Counted from the first letter of the stretch, positions 49,450-59,594 are shown. The stretch: DNA of 64,000 bases from Thermodesulfobacteriota bacterium (GCA_965215275.1 OZ244044.1:544001-608000), one strand, 5' to 3'. Notes: generated by a model not told the origin, from the letters alone. A program made the numbers and translations.

Positions 49450-50731
49450 TTTGCGGGATCTCCAGCTTTTCACCCAGACCGTAAAGCCTCTGGATAGTTT
49501 CAGAATAAAGCATTCCGACCGAGGTCGAGGATTCTCTTTTAAGTCCTGAAATCGGTCCGTGAAGCACCTTGGCAATGATCCTGTCAGCCAAATTATCAAT
49601 AACCTTCTTCTGTTCCTGCTCAAGATGACCGAGCTTGCCGTACGCCCGTTCGAGTTCCCCGGTCTTTATATCTTCCATCTTGTCCTTCAGTTTTATTATC
49701 GTTGGAACTCCCTTTAAACCGTTGATCCAGTTTATAAACCTTGAAGTGTGTTCCTCCACGATCCTCTCGGCCTCTGCCGCACTTTCTTCTCTCTTGTTGA
49801 TATTCTGGTCCAGTACGCTCTGAAGGTCGTCAATATCATAGAGATATACACCTGAAATATCGTTCACCCTTGGGTCAATGTTCCTCGGTACCGCAAGGTC
49901 AACAAAGAACATCAGTTCGTTCCTTCTGAGCCTGAGCGCCTGCAGGACGTGCTCGGACTTAAAGATAAAATCACTGGAACCGGTCGCGGTAACCACTATA
50001 TCGACGTCAGTGAGCTTATAATATATATCTTCAAATCTGACCGGCGTGCCGTGAAGCCGGCGTGCGAGAATTTCCGCGTTCTCATGGTTCCTGCTGGCTA
50101 TGTACAGGTCCTTTATTCCAGATCTTATCAGATTTCTTGCAGTCAGTTCAGCTATCTCTCCGGTACCTATGAGCAGCACGCTCCTGTTGTCAAGGTCGTC
50201 AAATATCCTCTTTGACAGCTTAACCGCAAGATAACCAACTGATACCGACAGGGAACCTATGTTCGTGTCGGAACGAACTCGCTTGGCCACGGAAAAGGCG
50301 TATTGAAAAAGTCTGTGAAGTATTATCCCCGCTGCTCCGCTCTGAAGGGAACCGTTGTACGATTCTTTGACCTGACCGAGTATCTGTGGCTCACCTATCA
50401 GCATGGAATCAAGGCTGCAGGATACTCTGAGCAGATGCCTTACGGCCTGAGCGTTGGAGTAGCTGTAAAAATTATCGTCTATGATCTTTCTGTTCAGGCC
50501 ATTTTCAGAAATAAAATATTCCTGTACGTCGTCTATAAACGAGTCGTGATCATCAGTAACGGCGTATATCTCAGTACGGTTGCACGTCGATATTATGACA
50601 CACTCGTTTATGCTTTTCCTTTCCCTGAACTTTGTAACGGGATCAGCCGAACTGACGCCCAGTGCGATCTGTTCCCTTATGTGCACCGGAGCGGTTTTGT
50701 GGCTAATTCCATATACTATTAATTGATACAT
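49409..50731 (-). CDS. hemA: Glutamyl-tRNA reductase
   Basis: GISHKTAPV, STCNRTE, GEPQILGQ, DLAVPRNI. Confidence 0.97.
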   Translation of the reverse strand: MYQLIVYGISHKTAPVHIREQIALGVSSADPVTKFRERKSINECVIISTCNRTEIYAVTDDHDSFIDDVQEYFISENGLNRKIIDDNFYSYSNAQAVRHLLRVSCSLDSMLIGEPQILGQVKESYNGSLQSGAAGIILHRLFQYAFSVAKRVRSDTNIGSLSVSVGYLAVKLSKRIFDDLDNRSVLLIGTGEIAELTARNLIRSGIKDLYIASRNHENAEILARRLHGTPVRFEDIYYKLTDVDIVVTATGSSDFIFKSEHVLQALRLRRNELMFFVDLAVPRNIDPRVNDISGVYLYDIDDLQSVLDQNINKREESAAEAERIVEEHTSRFINWINGLKGVPTIIKLKDKMEDIKTGELERAYGKLGHLEQEQKKVIDNLADRIIAKVLHGPISGLKRESSTSVGMLYSETIQRLYGLGEKLEIPQSDEENVNSWNQGK

Positions 50732-50759
50732 AGCTGTCAAACCTGCATAAGAACGGTCA

Positions 50760-51329
50760 TTACTTGAACCTGTGTTCGCTCTTGTGACTGATCAGGCTCA
50801 GAAGTTCCATCCTTGTTCTCTCGTCCTTTCTGAACGAACCGAGCATGGAGCTTGTGAGCATGTTGGCATCTGATTTCATTATTCCTCTCATCGCCATACA
50901 CAGATGAAAACCGTTAACAACTACAGCAACGCCCTTTGGATCTAACGCATCGTTCAGAAAATTCGCTATCTGCACCGTCATGTTCTCCTGCACCTGAAGC
51001 CTTTTGGCGTAAATATCCACAATTCTTGGTATTTTGCTGAGCCCTATTACCTTTCCATTCGGAACATACGCAACGTGACACTTGCCGAAAAAAGGAAGTA
51101 TATGATGCTCGCAAAGACTGTAAAACTCAATATCCTTTACAATGATCATCTCGTCATAATCAATATCATATATAGCTTCGTTTATGGTATCTTTCGGACA
51201 TTCCTTATAGCCACGGGTAAGTTCTCCGTACAGTCTTGCAACCCTTTCAGGAGTGCCTTTCAGTCCTTCCCTGTCAGGATCTTCCCCTATTGATCCCAGG
51301 ATCTCCCTAACGGCATTTTCCACGCTCAT
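50760..51329 (-). CDS. folE: GTP cyclohydrolase I (type IA)
   Basis: [36 protein letters not shown]. Confidence 0.98.
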   Translation of the reverse strand: MSVENAVREILGSIGEDPDREGLKGTPERVARLYGELTRGYKECPKDTINEAIYDIDYDEMIIVKDIEFYSLCEHHILPFFGKCHVAYVPNGKVIGLSKIPRIVDIYAKRLQVQENMTVQIANFLNDALDPKGVAVVVNGFHLCMAMRGIMKSDANMLTSSMLGSFRKDERTRMELLSLISHKSEHRFK

Positions 51330-51745
51330 CTGATCTCCTCCTTGTAATACTCAAAACAGCTTCTGTCATTTTCCCATACTTTCACGTACTTAAGTGCACC
51401 ATTGAACCTGCCGGACAGACAATTCCAGATATAAACCGCGATATTCTCCACCGTGGACTGGTTCTTCCGAAAGTACTCGACCTCCTGGTCTATCCTTCTG
51501 TGATCAAGGCTGTTCTTTATCTCGTTAACGCCGTCCTCGATCGCCGGTCTTTCCATTATCATACCCGTGCTTTCCGATATGTCCGATGAAACCCTGAACT
51601 CGACCTTATAATCATGTCCATGACCCTGCGGATTTGCACATTTATCAAAGATCTTAAGATTTTCCTCCTCGCCCATACCTTCCACAAAGAGCCTGTGTCC
51701 CGCGGAAAAATCAAAGACCCTGGTAAGAAAGACCTTTTCCATCAC
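51326..51745 (-). CDS. 6-pyruvoyl tetrahydropterin synthase family (COG0720), Cx5HGH type
   Basis: FSAGHRL...[23 protein letters not shown]. Confidence 0.9.
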   Translation of the reverse strand: MMEKVFLTRVFDFSAGHRLFVEGMGEEENLKIFDKCANPQGHGHDYKVEFRVSSDISESTGMIMERPAIEDGVNEIKNSLDHRRIDQEVEYFRKNQSTVENIAVYIWNCLSGRFNGALKYVKVWENDRSCFEYYKEEIR

Positions 51746-52170
51746 TCCTTCCAGTAATCAACGTAGAGATCATCCGTCTCATAAAGTCTGACCTTAAAAA
51801 GCCTGCAGTCGGCACCCCTTTGGCTCAGCTCATCCTCAATATCGCTCCACAACGTCCTGGCAATGTTCTCAGGCGTTGGTATAAGGGTCCTGAACGCTTC
51901 AACGTCCTCGTTTAAAAATTTATGGTCGTACTTTTCCAGAACGGTATTCAATATGGATTTCAGGTCAAAGATGTTTATAACCATTCCCGTCTGTTCATCG
52001 ATCTCTCCGGTAACCGTTGCCTCGACCTTGAAATTATGACCATGTCCCAAGGGAAAGGTGCTCTTGCCAAATATCTTTTTATTGGTGTCCTCGTCCCAGC
52101 TGGTGTTCCAGTACCTGTGAGAAGCTGAGAACTCAGCTTTTTGCGTTATCAGATTTTTATGCACCGTCAT
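51742..52170 (-). CDS. 6-pyruvoyl tetrahydropterin synthase family (COG0720), Cys-to-Ser variant
   Basis: FSASHRY...KSTFPLGHGHN, TGMV, DHKFLN, PTPEN, YET. Confidence 0.9.
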   Translation of the reverse strand: MTVHKNLITQKAEFSASHRYWNTSWDEDTNKKIFGKSTFPLGHGHNFKVEATVTGEIDEQTGMVINIFDLKSILNTVLEKYDHKFLNEDVEAFRTLIPTPENIARTLWSDIEDELSQRGADCRLFKVRLYETDDLYVDYWKE

Positions 52171-53756
52171 TTAAGTTTAACCGATCTCAATATATTTTCT
52201 TCCAGGTCGGTCGCTTCCCGTGCTGCACTGGCCCTGTCCGCCAAAAGCTTATTGAAGGCAGGTCCTATCCTGTCAAGCGTAGGCTCTATCTTATCAAGAA
52301 AAGGTTTTGGATAAACGCCCATTATTATGATCATCACGGCTATCGGGAGCATGGACACGGATTCCCTTACGTTCATATCCGAGAGTCCCCTGTTCTGTCC
52401 TTTATCCAGTGGACCGAACATGACCCTCTGATAAGCCCAGAGCATATACACTGCCCCCAGCACGAGCCCGGTCGCTCCAAAGGCCGCAAGGACGTAACTT
52501 TCCTTGAATACTCCAAGCAGGATCAGAAACTCTCCAATAAAACCATTAAGGAGAGGCAGTCCTATGGAGGCAAGCATCGCGAGCATAAAAAACGCCGCAA
52601 ACACCGGCATTACCTTCGCAATACCGCCAAAATCCACGATCTTTTTAGTATGGCGACGATCGTATAACATCCCGACCAGCAAGAACAACGCACCGGTCGA
52701 AAGTCCGTGAGACACCATATGATAGACAGCTCCTTCCACTCCCTGTAAGTTCAAGACGAATATACCGAGCATGATCAATCCGAGATGACTCACGCTTGAA
52801 TAGGCAACCAGTTTTTTCAAGTCTTTCTGTGCAAAAGCGACCATAGCAGCATAGATCACACCTATGATGGCAATTATGGATAAAATGGGGACGTAAGCGA
52901 TCGTTGCCTCAGGAAAGAAAGGTATCAGAAACCTTAAAAAACCATACACTCCCATTTTAAGCAGAACACTTGCAAGGATCACGCTCCCGGCCGTTGGAGC
53001 TTCAACGTGTGCATCGGGAAGCCACGTGTGGAACGGGAACATCGGCACTTTGATCGCAAACGCGAGAAAAAAGGCAAAAAAGCAAAGGCCTTGAGGACTT
53101 AAGAACCCTGAGAACGGCAGCGTTACGTTGTACAGGTCGTATATGTTCATTGAAGCAAAACCCATCTGCCCTTTATGTGCGAAGTAAAGATAGAGGATCG
53201 CAACAAGCATCAGACCGCTTCCCAGTGCCGTGTAAATAAAAAACTTTATCGCCGCGTAAATCCTTCTCTCTGTACCCCATATACCTATAATGAAGTACAT
53301 CGGTATAAGCACCGCTTCCCAGAATACAAAGAAAAGTATCAGATCGAGTGCCGCAAAGGTTCCGATCAAAGCAGTTTCCAGAAGGAGGATAAGGCTCAGC
53401 ATTTCCCCCAGTCCTTTCTGAATGGAGTTCCATGTACACAAAAGCGTAACAGGGACTATGAAGGTCGTAAGGAGTACCAGAAGAAGACTTATGCCATCCA
53501 GACCCACGTGATAACTGATCCCCAGATCGGTCAGCCACTCCACTTTCTGTTCAAACTGGATACCACCAAATGAACTTTTAAAATTGATGAATAAAGGAAT
53601 TGAGATCAAAAACTCGATCGCGGAAACGGCAAACGCTCCAATTTTTATGTATTGCTCCGACTTTTTGAACAACAGAGAGCAAAACAGAATAAAAACGATC
53701 CCGATCAAAGGGAAAAAGATCAGCAGGCTAAGATTTACCGGAAAAAATGCGTCCAA
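52167..53756 (-). CDS. nuoM: NADH-quinone oxidoreductase subunit M
   Basis: GLDGISL, FFVFWE, KFFIYT, AIKVPMFPFHTWLPDAHVEAPT, AYSSVSH, GLPLLNGFIGE. Confidence 0.95.
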   Translation of the reverse strand: MDAFFPVNLSLLIFFPLIGIVFILFCSLLFKKSEQYIKIGAFAVSAIEFLISIPLFINFKSSFGGIQFEQKVEWLTDLGISYHVGLDGISLLLVLLTTFIVPVTLLCTWNSIQKGLGEMLSLILLLETALIGTFAALDLILFFVFWEAVLIPMYFIIGIWGTERRIYAAIKFFIYTALGSGLMLVAILYLYFAHKGQMGFASMNIYDLYNVTLPFSGFLSPQGLCFFAFFLAFAIKVPMFPFHTWLPDAHVEAPTAGSVILASVLLKMGVYGFLRFLIPFFPEATIAYVPILSIIAIIGVIYAAMVAFAQKDLKKLVAYSSVSHLGLIMLGIFVLNLQGVEGAVYHMVSHGLSTGALFLLVGMLYDRRHTKKIVDFGGIAKVMPVFAAFFMLAMLASIGLPLLNGFIGEFLILLGVFKESYVLAAFGATGLVLGAVYMLWAYQRVMFGPLDKGQNRGLSDMNVRESVSMLPIAVMIIIMGVYPKPFLDKIEPTLDRIGPAFNKLLADRASAAREATDLEENILRSVKLK

Positions 53757-53804
53757 ATTTTGGTCCTCTTGGGTTAATGTGCGAAAAAACAGTTCAATTA
53801 TACT

Positions 53805-54419
53805 TTATAGGCTGGTTTTCTCAAAACCCAAAATTACAGGTTCATATATTTCTTCTGTGAACTCAAATAGCAGGTTGGCAAGTTCATTAGCAAACTCACT
53901 CCTGTTGTGAGGTAATATCCGTTTAAGGGTTTCCATCTGTTCAAGGGTTCCCCTTGTTTGAAAATCATAGCCTGTATTTTCACAGACGGCGAGATACCAC
54001 TTGTTATCAGTTATTTCTCTGTCGTCTTCAAGGTTTTTTCTAATATTTTTAATTTCTTCAGTATACTGCCTTATTTTCTCTTCAAACCTTTCCTTCTTTC
54101 TTTCATTAATCCACAGCCCATAGCAAAGATTATACCCTTCGCTGCCAGATAGCCTCTCAAAAATTACTCTAATATCACCATCTGCAAAGCAAAATCCCAA
54201 CTTAGACCATTTGTTCTTAGTATAGTCTTTTTCTATCTTCCATCCTTTTTTCCCTTCTTCCACTTTTCTTTTTAATTCTCCCTTTACCTCTTCCCAGAAT
54301 TCCTCTACCAACCGATCTTTAATTTTTGGAAAATTCTCTGAAATCTCACAAGCCGCAGAAAAGTTCTCCTCTGTTTCGGTTAAAAATTCAAAAACCTTTT
54401 CGTCATACTTGCTCGTCAT
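53805..54419 (-). CDS. Hypothetical protein, paralog of 55065..55643
   Basis: Intact 204-aa ORF with SD AAGGAG; N- and C-termini nearly identical to the paralog. Confidence 0.85.
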   Translation of the reverse strand: MTSKYDEKVFEFLTETEENFSAACEISENFPKIKDRLVEEFWEEVKGELKRKVEEGKKGWKIEKDYTKNKWSKLGFCFADGDIRVIFERLSGSEGYNLCYGLWINERKKERFEEKIRQYTEEIKNIRKNLEDDREITDNKWYLAVCENTGYDFQTRGTLEQMETLKRILPHNRSEFANELANLLFEFTEEIYEPVILGFEKTSL

Positions 54420-54444
54420 TTCATTCTCCTTACTTTCATAAAAA

Positions 54445-54728
54445 CTATAAACTAATTATCACTTCTATATATGTTTTCAGTAAATATTTAACCTTGGATG
54501 CCCCAATCTTTCTTACATTCTCTCAGCCAATCTTTAATATATTTTTACAGCTAATACTACATAAAACATTGTTGTCCTTTAGATACTCTCTTTTTCCTTA
54601 CACATTGAAGTATTTGAAGCATCCTTGCTTCCAACCGTCAGGAAATTTATAGTTTAGCTCTAATTGATCTGATTGATCATAAGCATGTATTTTATTCTCT
54701 ATCACGATAACAAATCTCTTTTGGGATT
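54445..54728 (-). pseudogene. Decayed 3' fragment of the PD-(D/E)XK nuclease gene
   Basis: Aligns with 55669-55996 (taaatatttaaccttggatgcc; ttattctctatcacgata..aaatctcttttggg) with indels. Confidence 0.85.
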
Positions 54729-54729
54729 A

Positions 54730-55017
54730 ATCAAGTGCTGCGAAGGTACTTATAAAGGCAATCTCCAGAAGAATAATCTTTAACACTTCCCCAAGCCTTT
54801 CTGAATGGAATTCCAGGTACACAAAAGCGTAACAGGAACTATAAAAGTCGTAAGGAGTACCAAAAAATTTATCCCTTATAAAACCAAATAATAACTGATT
54901 CCCAAATTAGTCAATCAATCTACTTTTTTTCAAACAACAGAGAGTAAAACAGAATGAAAACGACCCCGATCAAGGGAAAAATCAGCAGACTAAGGTTTCC
55001 CGAAAAAATGCGTCCAA
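54730..55017 (-). pseudogene. Decayed duplicate of the nuoM 5' end
   Basis: Aligns with 53343-53756 including the start context aaaaaatgcgtccaaattttggtcctc; roughly 110-bp internal deletion and frameshifts. Confidence 0.88.
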
Positions 55018-55064
55018 ATTTTGGTCCTCTTTGGGTTGATATGAAAAAACGGTGCAATTATATT

Positions 55065-55643
55065 TCACGAGTTAGTTTTATCAGGACCTGTAATCCCCCG
55101 AATTATAGGTTCTTCTATCTCTTCTGTGAACTCAAATAGCAGGTTAGCAAGTTCACTAGCAAATTCACTCCTGTTGTGAGGTAAGATCCGTCTAAGGGTT
55201 TCCCTTGTTTTAAAATCATAGCCTGTATCTTTATAGGCAAGCCGCCAATCGTTACTAATCATTTCTTTGTCGTCTTTAAGTTTTTTAATCTCTGAATCGT
55301 ACAGTTCTATTTTTTCTTTAAACTCTTCCTTGTTGTCGTAATTTCTCCACAGCCCATAATAGTTGCTTTTTTCACTTGATAGCCCCCCGAAAATTACTCT
55401 AATGTCACCACCTGCAAACCAAAATCCCAGATTAGCATTTTTGTTCATAGTATCGCCTTCTTTTTTTATATCCCATCCTTTTTCATTTTTTCTTTCTAAT
55501 TCTCCCTTTACCTCTTCCCAGAACTCTTTTATAAATCGTTCTTTAATTTTTGGAAAGTTCTCTGAAATCTCACAAGCCGCAGAAAAGTTCTCCTCTGTTT
55601 CGGTTAAAAATTCAAAAATTTTTTCGTCATATTTGCTCGTCAT
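55065..55643 (-). CDS. Hypothetical protein, partner of the upstream PD-(D/E)XK nuclease
   Basis: Intact 192-aa ORF, SD AAGGAG, 25 nt downstream of the nuclease stop. Confidence 0.85.
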   Translation of the reverse strand: MTSKYDEKIFEFLTETEENFSAACEISENFPKIKERFIKEFWEEVKGELERKNEKGWDIKKEGDTMNKNANLGFWFAGGDIRVIFGGLSSEKSNYYGLWRNYDNKEEFKEKIELYDSEIKKLKDDKEMISNDWRLAYKDTGYDFKTRETLRRILPHNRSEFASELANLLFEFTEEIEEPIIRGITGPDKTNS

Positions 55644-55668
55644 TTCATTCTCCTTACTTTCATAAAAA

Positions 55669-56412
55669 CTATAAACTAATGATTACTTCTATATATGCTT
55701 TCAGTAAATATTTAACCTTGGATGCCTCAACATCTTTCATACATTCTTCCAGCCAAGTTTTAATATCGTTTTTATAACTAATATCACGTAATACATCTTT
55801 ACCCTTTAGTTCATTTTCTAATTCCTGCTTGATTGTATAATCTGAAGCATCTTTTCCTTGAACCGTCAGATAAAATAATGCCATTTGTTCATCTTTATAC
55901 CTTTTGCTTAGAAATTCATGGTATCGCTTTAATTGATCTTCTTGATCAGAGGCATATATTTTATTCTCTATCACGATACCAAATCTCTTTTGGGGATCAT
56001 TGGAATGAACGTACAGGTCTAATCTGCCCCATCCCGTGTGATACTCTTTACCGACTATATAGCCGCTTTCCTTTTCAAGTTTAAAATGTTCCCTTTTTTC
56101 TTCCGAAATAAACCTGTCAATGAAGGACCGTAAGAATAAACCACCTTGTCCATGCGTGCCGTCCGGCTGTAACAGGTCTTTCAAAAATAGGGTATGTGTT
56201 TTTTCAGAAGTACTGACATCTATGATCTTAAAAATATTGTAATCAAATGCCTCTTTTTTATTGCACTCCGCAAACTTAGACCTAAAAGTATTATAATGTC
56301 CCAGCAGTGCCTGGAAATTCTGCTTAAACTCATCCACCCTTTCATCTGCAGTTTCTTCGGAAAACCGTCTGTAACGGTCTAAAAAGGATGATATTCGTTC
56401 TGTTTCATTCAT
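55669..56412 (-). CDS. PD-(D/E)XK nuclease family protein (PDDEXK_4-like)
   Basis: YNIF...E..HT..L..LLQPDGTHGQG..FL, GRLDL, IVIENKIYASDQEDQLKRY, YLT, ISY. Confidence 0.9.
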   Translation of the reverse strand: MNETERISSFLDRYRRFSEETADERVDEFKQNFQALLGHYNTFRSKFAECNKKEAFDYNIFKIIDVSTSEKTHTLFLKDLLQPDGTHGQGGLFLRSFIDRFISEEKREHFKLEKESGYIVGKEYHTGWGRLDLYVHSNDPQKRFGIVIENKIYASDQEDQLKRYHEFLSKRYKDEQMALFYLTVQGKDASDYTIKQELENELKGKDVLRDISYKNDIKTWLEECMKDVEASKVKYLLKAYIEVIISL

Positions 56413-56441
56413 AGATAAACTAACCTAAACTTACCCGTAAC

Positions 56442-56469
56442 TTGACATACTTTATCTATCAAATACACT
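56442..56469 (+). promoter_or_regulatory. Sigma70-type promoter of tRNA-fMet
   Basis: TTGACA-16 nt-TACACT. Confidence 0.7.
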
Positions 56470-56487
56470 CTAAAAAGTATTTTCAGG

Positions 56488-56564
<77 letters not shown>

Positions 56565-56582
56565 TTACCAGTTTCGTAAATT

Positions 56583-57647
56583 TCATTTCTGAACTGCAAA
56601 AGTCTCTATCTCTTTAACGAGTTCATCCACGATCTGGCTTTCCTTAAAAGAGCGGACAAGTTTTCCATCCTTGTAAAGCATGCCTTTTCCCCTGCCCCCG
56701 GCTATTCCTATATCAGCCTCCGAAGCCTCACCCGGACCATTTACCACGCAACCGAGTATCGCCACTTTTACCGGTTTGGGCAGTTCAATACCGTGAACTC
56801 TCTTTTCAACGTCGTTGACGAGTTTCACAAGATCGATCTCCAGCCTTCCACAGCCGGGACATGATATAAGTTCAATACCGTTGTTTCTTATCCCCAGGGA
56901 TTTAAGGATGTTTATACCCGCTATGACCTCATTGACCGGATCACCCGTTAGTGACACTCTGATAGTATCCCCTATGCCATCCACCAAAAGAGTTCCTATA
57001 CCAATTGAGGATTTTACCACCCCCATTTTGGGGGTTCCTGCCTCGGTTACGCCAAGATGGAGCGGATATTCTGTCTTTTCCGCAAGAAGTCTGTACGCTT
57101 TTACCATCTTTCTTACGTCGGTGGATTTAACCGAGATCTTAATGTCATAAAAGTCAAAATCCTCCAGAATACTTACGTGTCTGAGAGCACTTTCAACTAA
57201 GGCCTCGGCCGTGGGACTTCCATGCTTTTTCAGTATGTCTTTTTCAAGCGAACCGGAATTAACGCCGATCCTGATCGGGATGCCTCTCTCCTTCACGGCA
57301 TCCACAACGGTTTTTATCCTGTATCTTGCACCTATGTTACCGGGATTGATCCTCATACCGTCAACGCCCTGGTTAACTGCTTCAAGAGCAAGTTTGTAGT
57401 CAAAGTGAATATCTGATATCAGCGGGATATTTATCTGCTTTTTTATTTCTCCTATTGCTTTGGCCGCGTAAATATCCGGAACTGCCACGCGTACTATATC
57501 GCAGCCAGCGTCCTCCAGCTCGCGTATCTCGGCAACCGTAGCATCTACGTCCCTCGTATCCGTTATCGTCATTGACTGAACGGACACGGGAGCACCGCCT
57601 CCTATTTTTATGTTTCCAACCGAGATCTGCCTGGACTCTCTGATCAT
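56583..57647 (-). CDS. ispG: (E)-4-hydroxy-3-methylbut-2-enyl-diphosphate synthase
   Basis: VQSMT, DIHF, RINPGN, GVNSGS, HLGVTEAG, CPGCGR, GCVVNGPGE. Confidence 0.98.
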   Translation of the reverse strand: MIRESRQISVGNIKIGGGAPVSVQSMTITDTRDVDATVAEIRELEDAGCDIVRVAVPDIYAAKAIGEIKKQINIPLISDIHFDYKLALEAVNQGVDGMRINPGNIGARYRIKTVVDAVKERGIPIRIGVNSGSLEKDILKKHGSPTAEALVESALRHVSILEDFDFYDIKISVKSTDVRKMVKAYRLLAEKTEYPLHLGVTEAGTPKMGVVKSSIGIGTLLVDGIGDTIRVSLTGDPVNEVIAGINILKSLGIRNNGIELISCPGCGRLEIDLVKLVNDVEKRVHGIELPKPVKVAILGCVVNGPGEASEADIGIAGGRGKGMLYKDGKLVRSFKESQIVDELVKEIETFAVQK

Positions 57648-57840
57648 ATCAGGGGACTATCCTATACAAAACCGTCTCTGGTTTCAACTATATTAACCAC
57701 TTTCTGGCAATACACGAACTATCTTTACACTGAAAAGGACCAATGAACGTAATACTTTGAAAAAAGTTTTAAAGCTGTATATTTTAGTTTATTTTAAATC
57801 GTTCATACGTTAAGGCAATCAACGGAGGTTTCAGCTAAAC

Positions 57841-59391
57841 ATGGAAATTGACGGGTCAAAATTGTTAGAAGATCATAAGATTAAAAACACAGGAAAGGTA
57901 TATTACAACCTTTCCATTCCTGAACTTTACGAAGAGGCAATAAGACGAGGCGAGGCACAAATTGGACAAGAAGGTACATTGATCGGGGATACAAGACCGC
58001 ACACGGGAAGATCGCCCAAGGACAGATTTATAGTTAAAGAACCTTCGACAGAAGATAAAATCGACTGGGGTCAGGTAAATCAACCGATCTCACCCGAGGC
58101 ATTCGATTCTCTTTACAACAAGGTCGTAAATTACTTTGAAAGTAAGGACGTTTTTGTAAGGGACCTCTGTGTTTGTGCTCATGAGAACTATAAAACGAAC
58201 GTCAGGGTGATAAACGAGTTTGCATGGCATAACGTTTTTGTAAATAATCTTTTTATAAGACCTAACGCAGATGATCTGCCCCATAAAAATGTTGACTTTA
58301 CAGTTATTTCCGCTCCCGGATTCAAAGCTGACCCTGAAACGGATTCCACAAGAACAGAAACCTTTATAATCCTGAACCTGCAAAAAAGAATAGCCCTGAT
58401 AGGTGGGACCAAATACGCAGGTGAGATGAAAAAATCCGTGTTCGCCGCTATGAATTTCCTGTTACCTGAAAAGAACGTGTTTCCCATGCACTGCTCCGCC
58501 AACGTCGGCAAAAAAGGTGATGTTGCCTTGTTCTTCGGACTGTCAGGAACTGGAAAGACAACATTATCAGCGGACCCGGAGAGAAAGCTTATAGGCGACG
58601 ACGAACACGGGTGGTATGATCAGGGGGTATTTAACTTTGAAGGTGGATGCTATGCCAAGGCAATCAAGTTAAGTCCGAAGACGGAACCTGAAATTTATAA
58701 CGCAACTCTGCGTTTCGGGTCGGTTGTAGAAAACGTGGAACTTGATCCGAAAACAAGAAAAATAGATTTCAACAGCGATAAATTTACCGAAAATACAAGA
58801 AGTGCATATCCGCTTACTTCATTAAATGGAACTGTTGAAAATGGATTAGGAAATATCCCTTCAACAATTTTTATGCTTACCTATGATGCGTTCGGTGTTC
58901 TGCCTCCCATATCTAAACTAACTCCTCAGCAGGCAATGTATTTCTTTCTACTTGGCTATACTGCAAAAGTGGCAGGAACGGAGAGAGGCGTGAGCGAACC
59001 TCAGGCAACGTTCAGTTCTTGCTTTGGAGCTCCTTTTCTTCCACGACCGCCAAAGTTTTACGGTGAGATGTTAAAAAATAAAATGGAGAAGCACAAGGTT
59101 GAGATATGGCTGCTTAACACTGGTATATGTGGAGGACCTTATGGTATCGGACAAAGAATGCCACTTCCATCAACCAGAGACCTGGTCACCGCGGCAATGA
59201 ATGGAACTTTGAACAAATCCGAATTTGTGGAAATTCCCATTCTTGGACTCAAGGTTCCAGCAAAGTGCCAGAGCGTCGCTTCAAACCTTTTACAACCCAG
59301 GCTTTCGTGGAGCAATCCTGAAGAATATGACGCAAAGGCAAATGAATTAAAAAAACTGTTTGAAGAAGAATATAACAAATATCGGAAATAA
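57841..59391 (+). CDS. pckA: Phosphoenolpyruvate carboxykinase (ATP)
   Basis: TGRSPKD, YAGEMKK, MHCSAN, GLSGTGKTTLS, GDDEHGW, FEGGCYAK. Confidence 0.98.
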   Translation: MEIDGSKLLEDHKIKNTGKVYYNLSIPELYEEAIRRGEAQIGQEGTLIGDTRPHTGRSPKDRFIVKEPSTEDKIDWGQVNQPISPEAFDSLYNKVVNYFESKDVFVRDLCVCAHENYKTNVRVINEFAWHNVFVNNLFIRPNADDLPHKNVDFTVISAPGFKADPETDSTRTETFIILNLQKRIALIGGTKYAGEMKKSVFAAMNFLLPEKNVFPMHCSANVGKKGDVALFFGLSGTGKTTLSADPERKLIGDDEHGWYDQGVFNFEGGCYAKAIKLSPKTEPEIYNATLRFGSVVENVELDPKTRKIDFNSDKFTENTRSAYPLTSLNGTVENGLGNIPSTIFMLTYDAFGVLPPISKLTPQQAMYFFLLGYTAKVAGTERGVSEPQATFSSCFGAPFLPRPPKFYGEMLKNKMEKHKVEIWLLNTGICGGPYGIGQRMPLPSTRDLVTAAMNGTLNKSEFVEIPILGLKVPAKCQSVASNLLQPRLSWSNPEEYDAKANELKKLFEEEYNKYRK

Positions 59392-59594
59392 TATACTTTA
59401 GTAAACAAGATATTCAGAAAATTATATATACTAGTGCCTTCTATCGCATCTCTTATTGTCTCAATTATTTTTCCGTAGTAATGAACTTCTCACTTCATAG
59501 ACCGTTTGTCCTGTTTTTCAACTCGTTCAGAATATCAAGGGCAGTTCAATACACAGTAATACACCCGTTCAATGCTTCTGAAAGGACCGCATTG

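Larger units (their letters stand above)
53343..55996. repeat. Degenerate tandem duplication (unit 1 ~53343-54729, unit 2 ~54730-55996)
   Basis: Each unit = nuoM 5' part + hypothetical gene + 3' part of the PD-(D/E)XK gene; e.g. ctttctgaatggarttcca..tacacaaaagcgtaacagg at ~53413 and ~54796, and aaatctcacaagccgcagaaaagttctcctctgtttcggttaaaaattcaaaa in both units. Confidence 0.92.

Noticed and set aside
49450..49623. N-terminal extension of the hemC ORF
   Set aside because: Lies inside hemA; HemC similarity starts at the GTG at 49449
51326..52170. queD genes of a 7-deazaguanine (dpd) DNA-modification system
   Set aside because: Motif spacing is x5-HGH rather than the QueD Cx3HGH, and no queC, queE or dpdA is nearby
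53805..55643. Diversity-generating retroelement template/variable repeat pair
   Set aside because: No reverse transcriptase in the window; differences include indels and are not restricted to adenines
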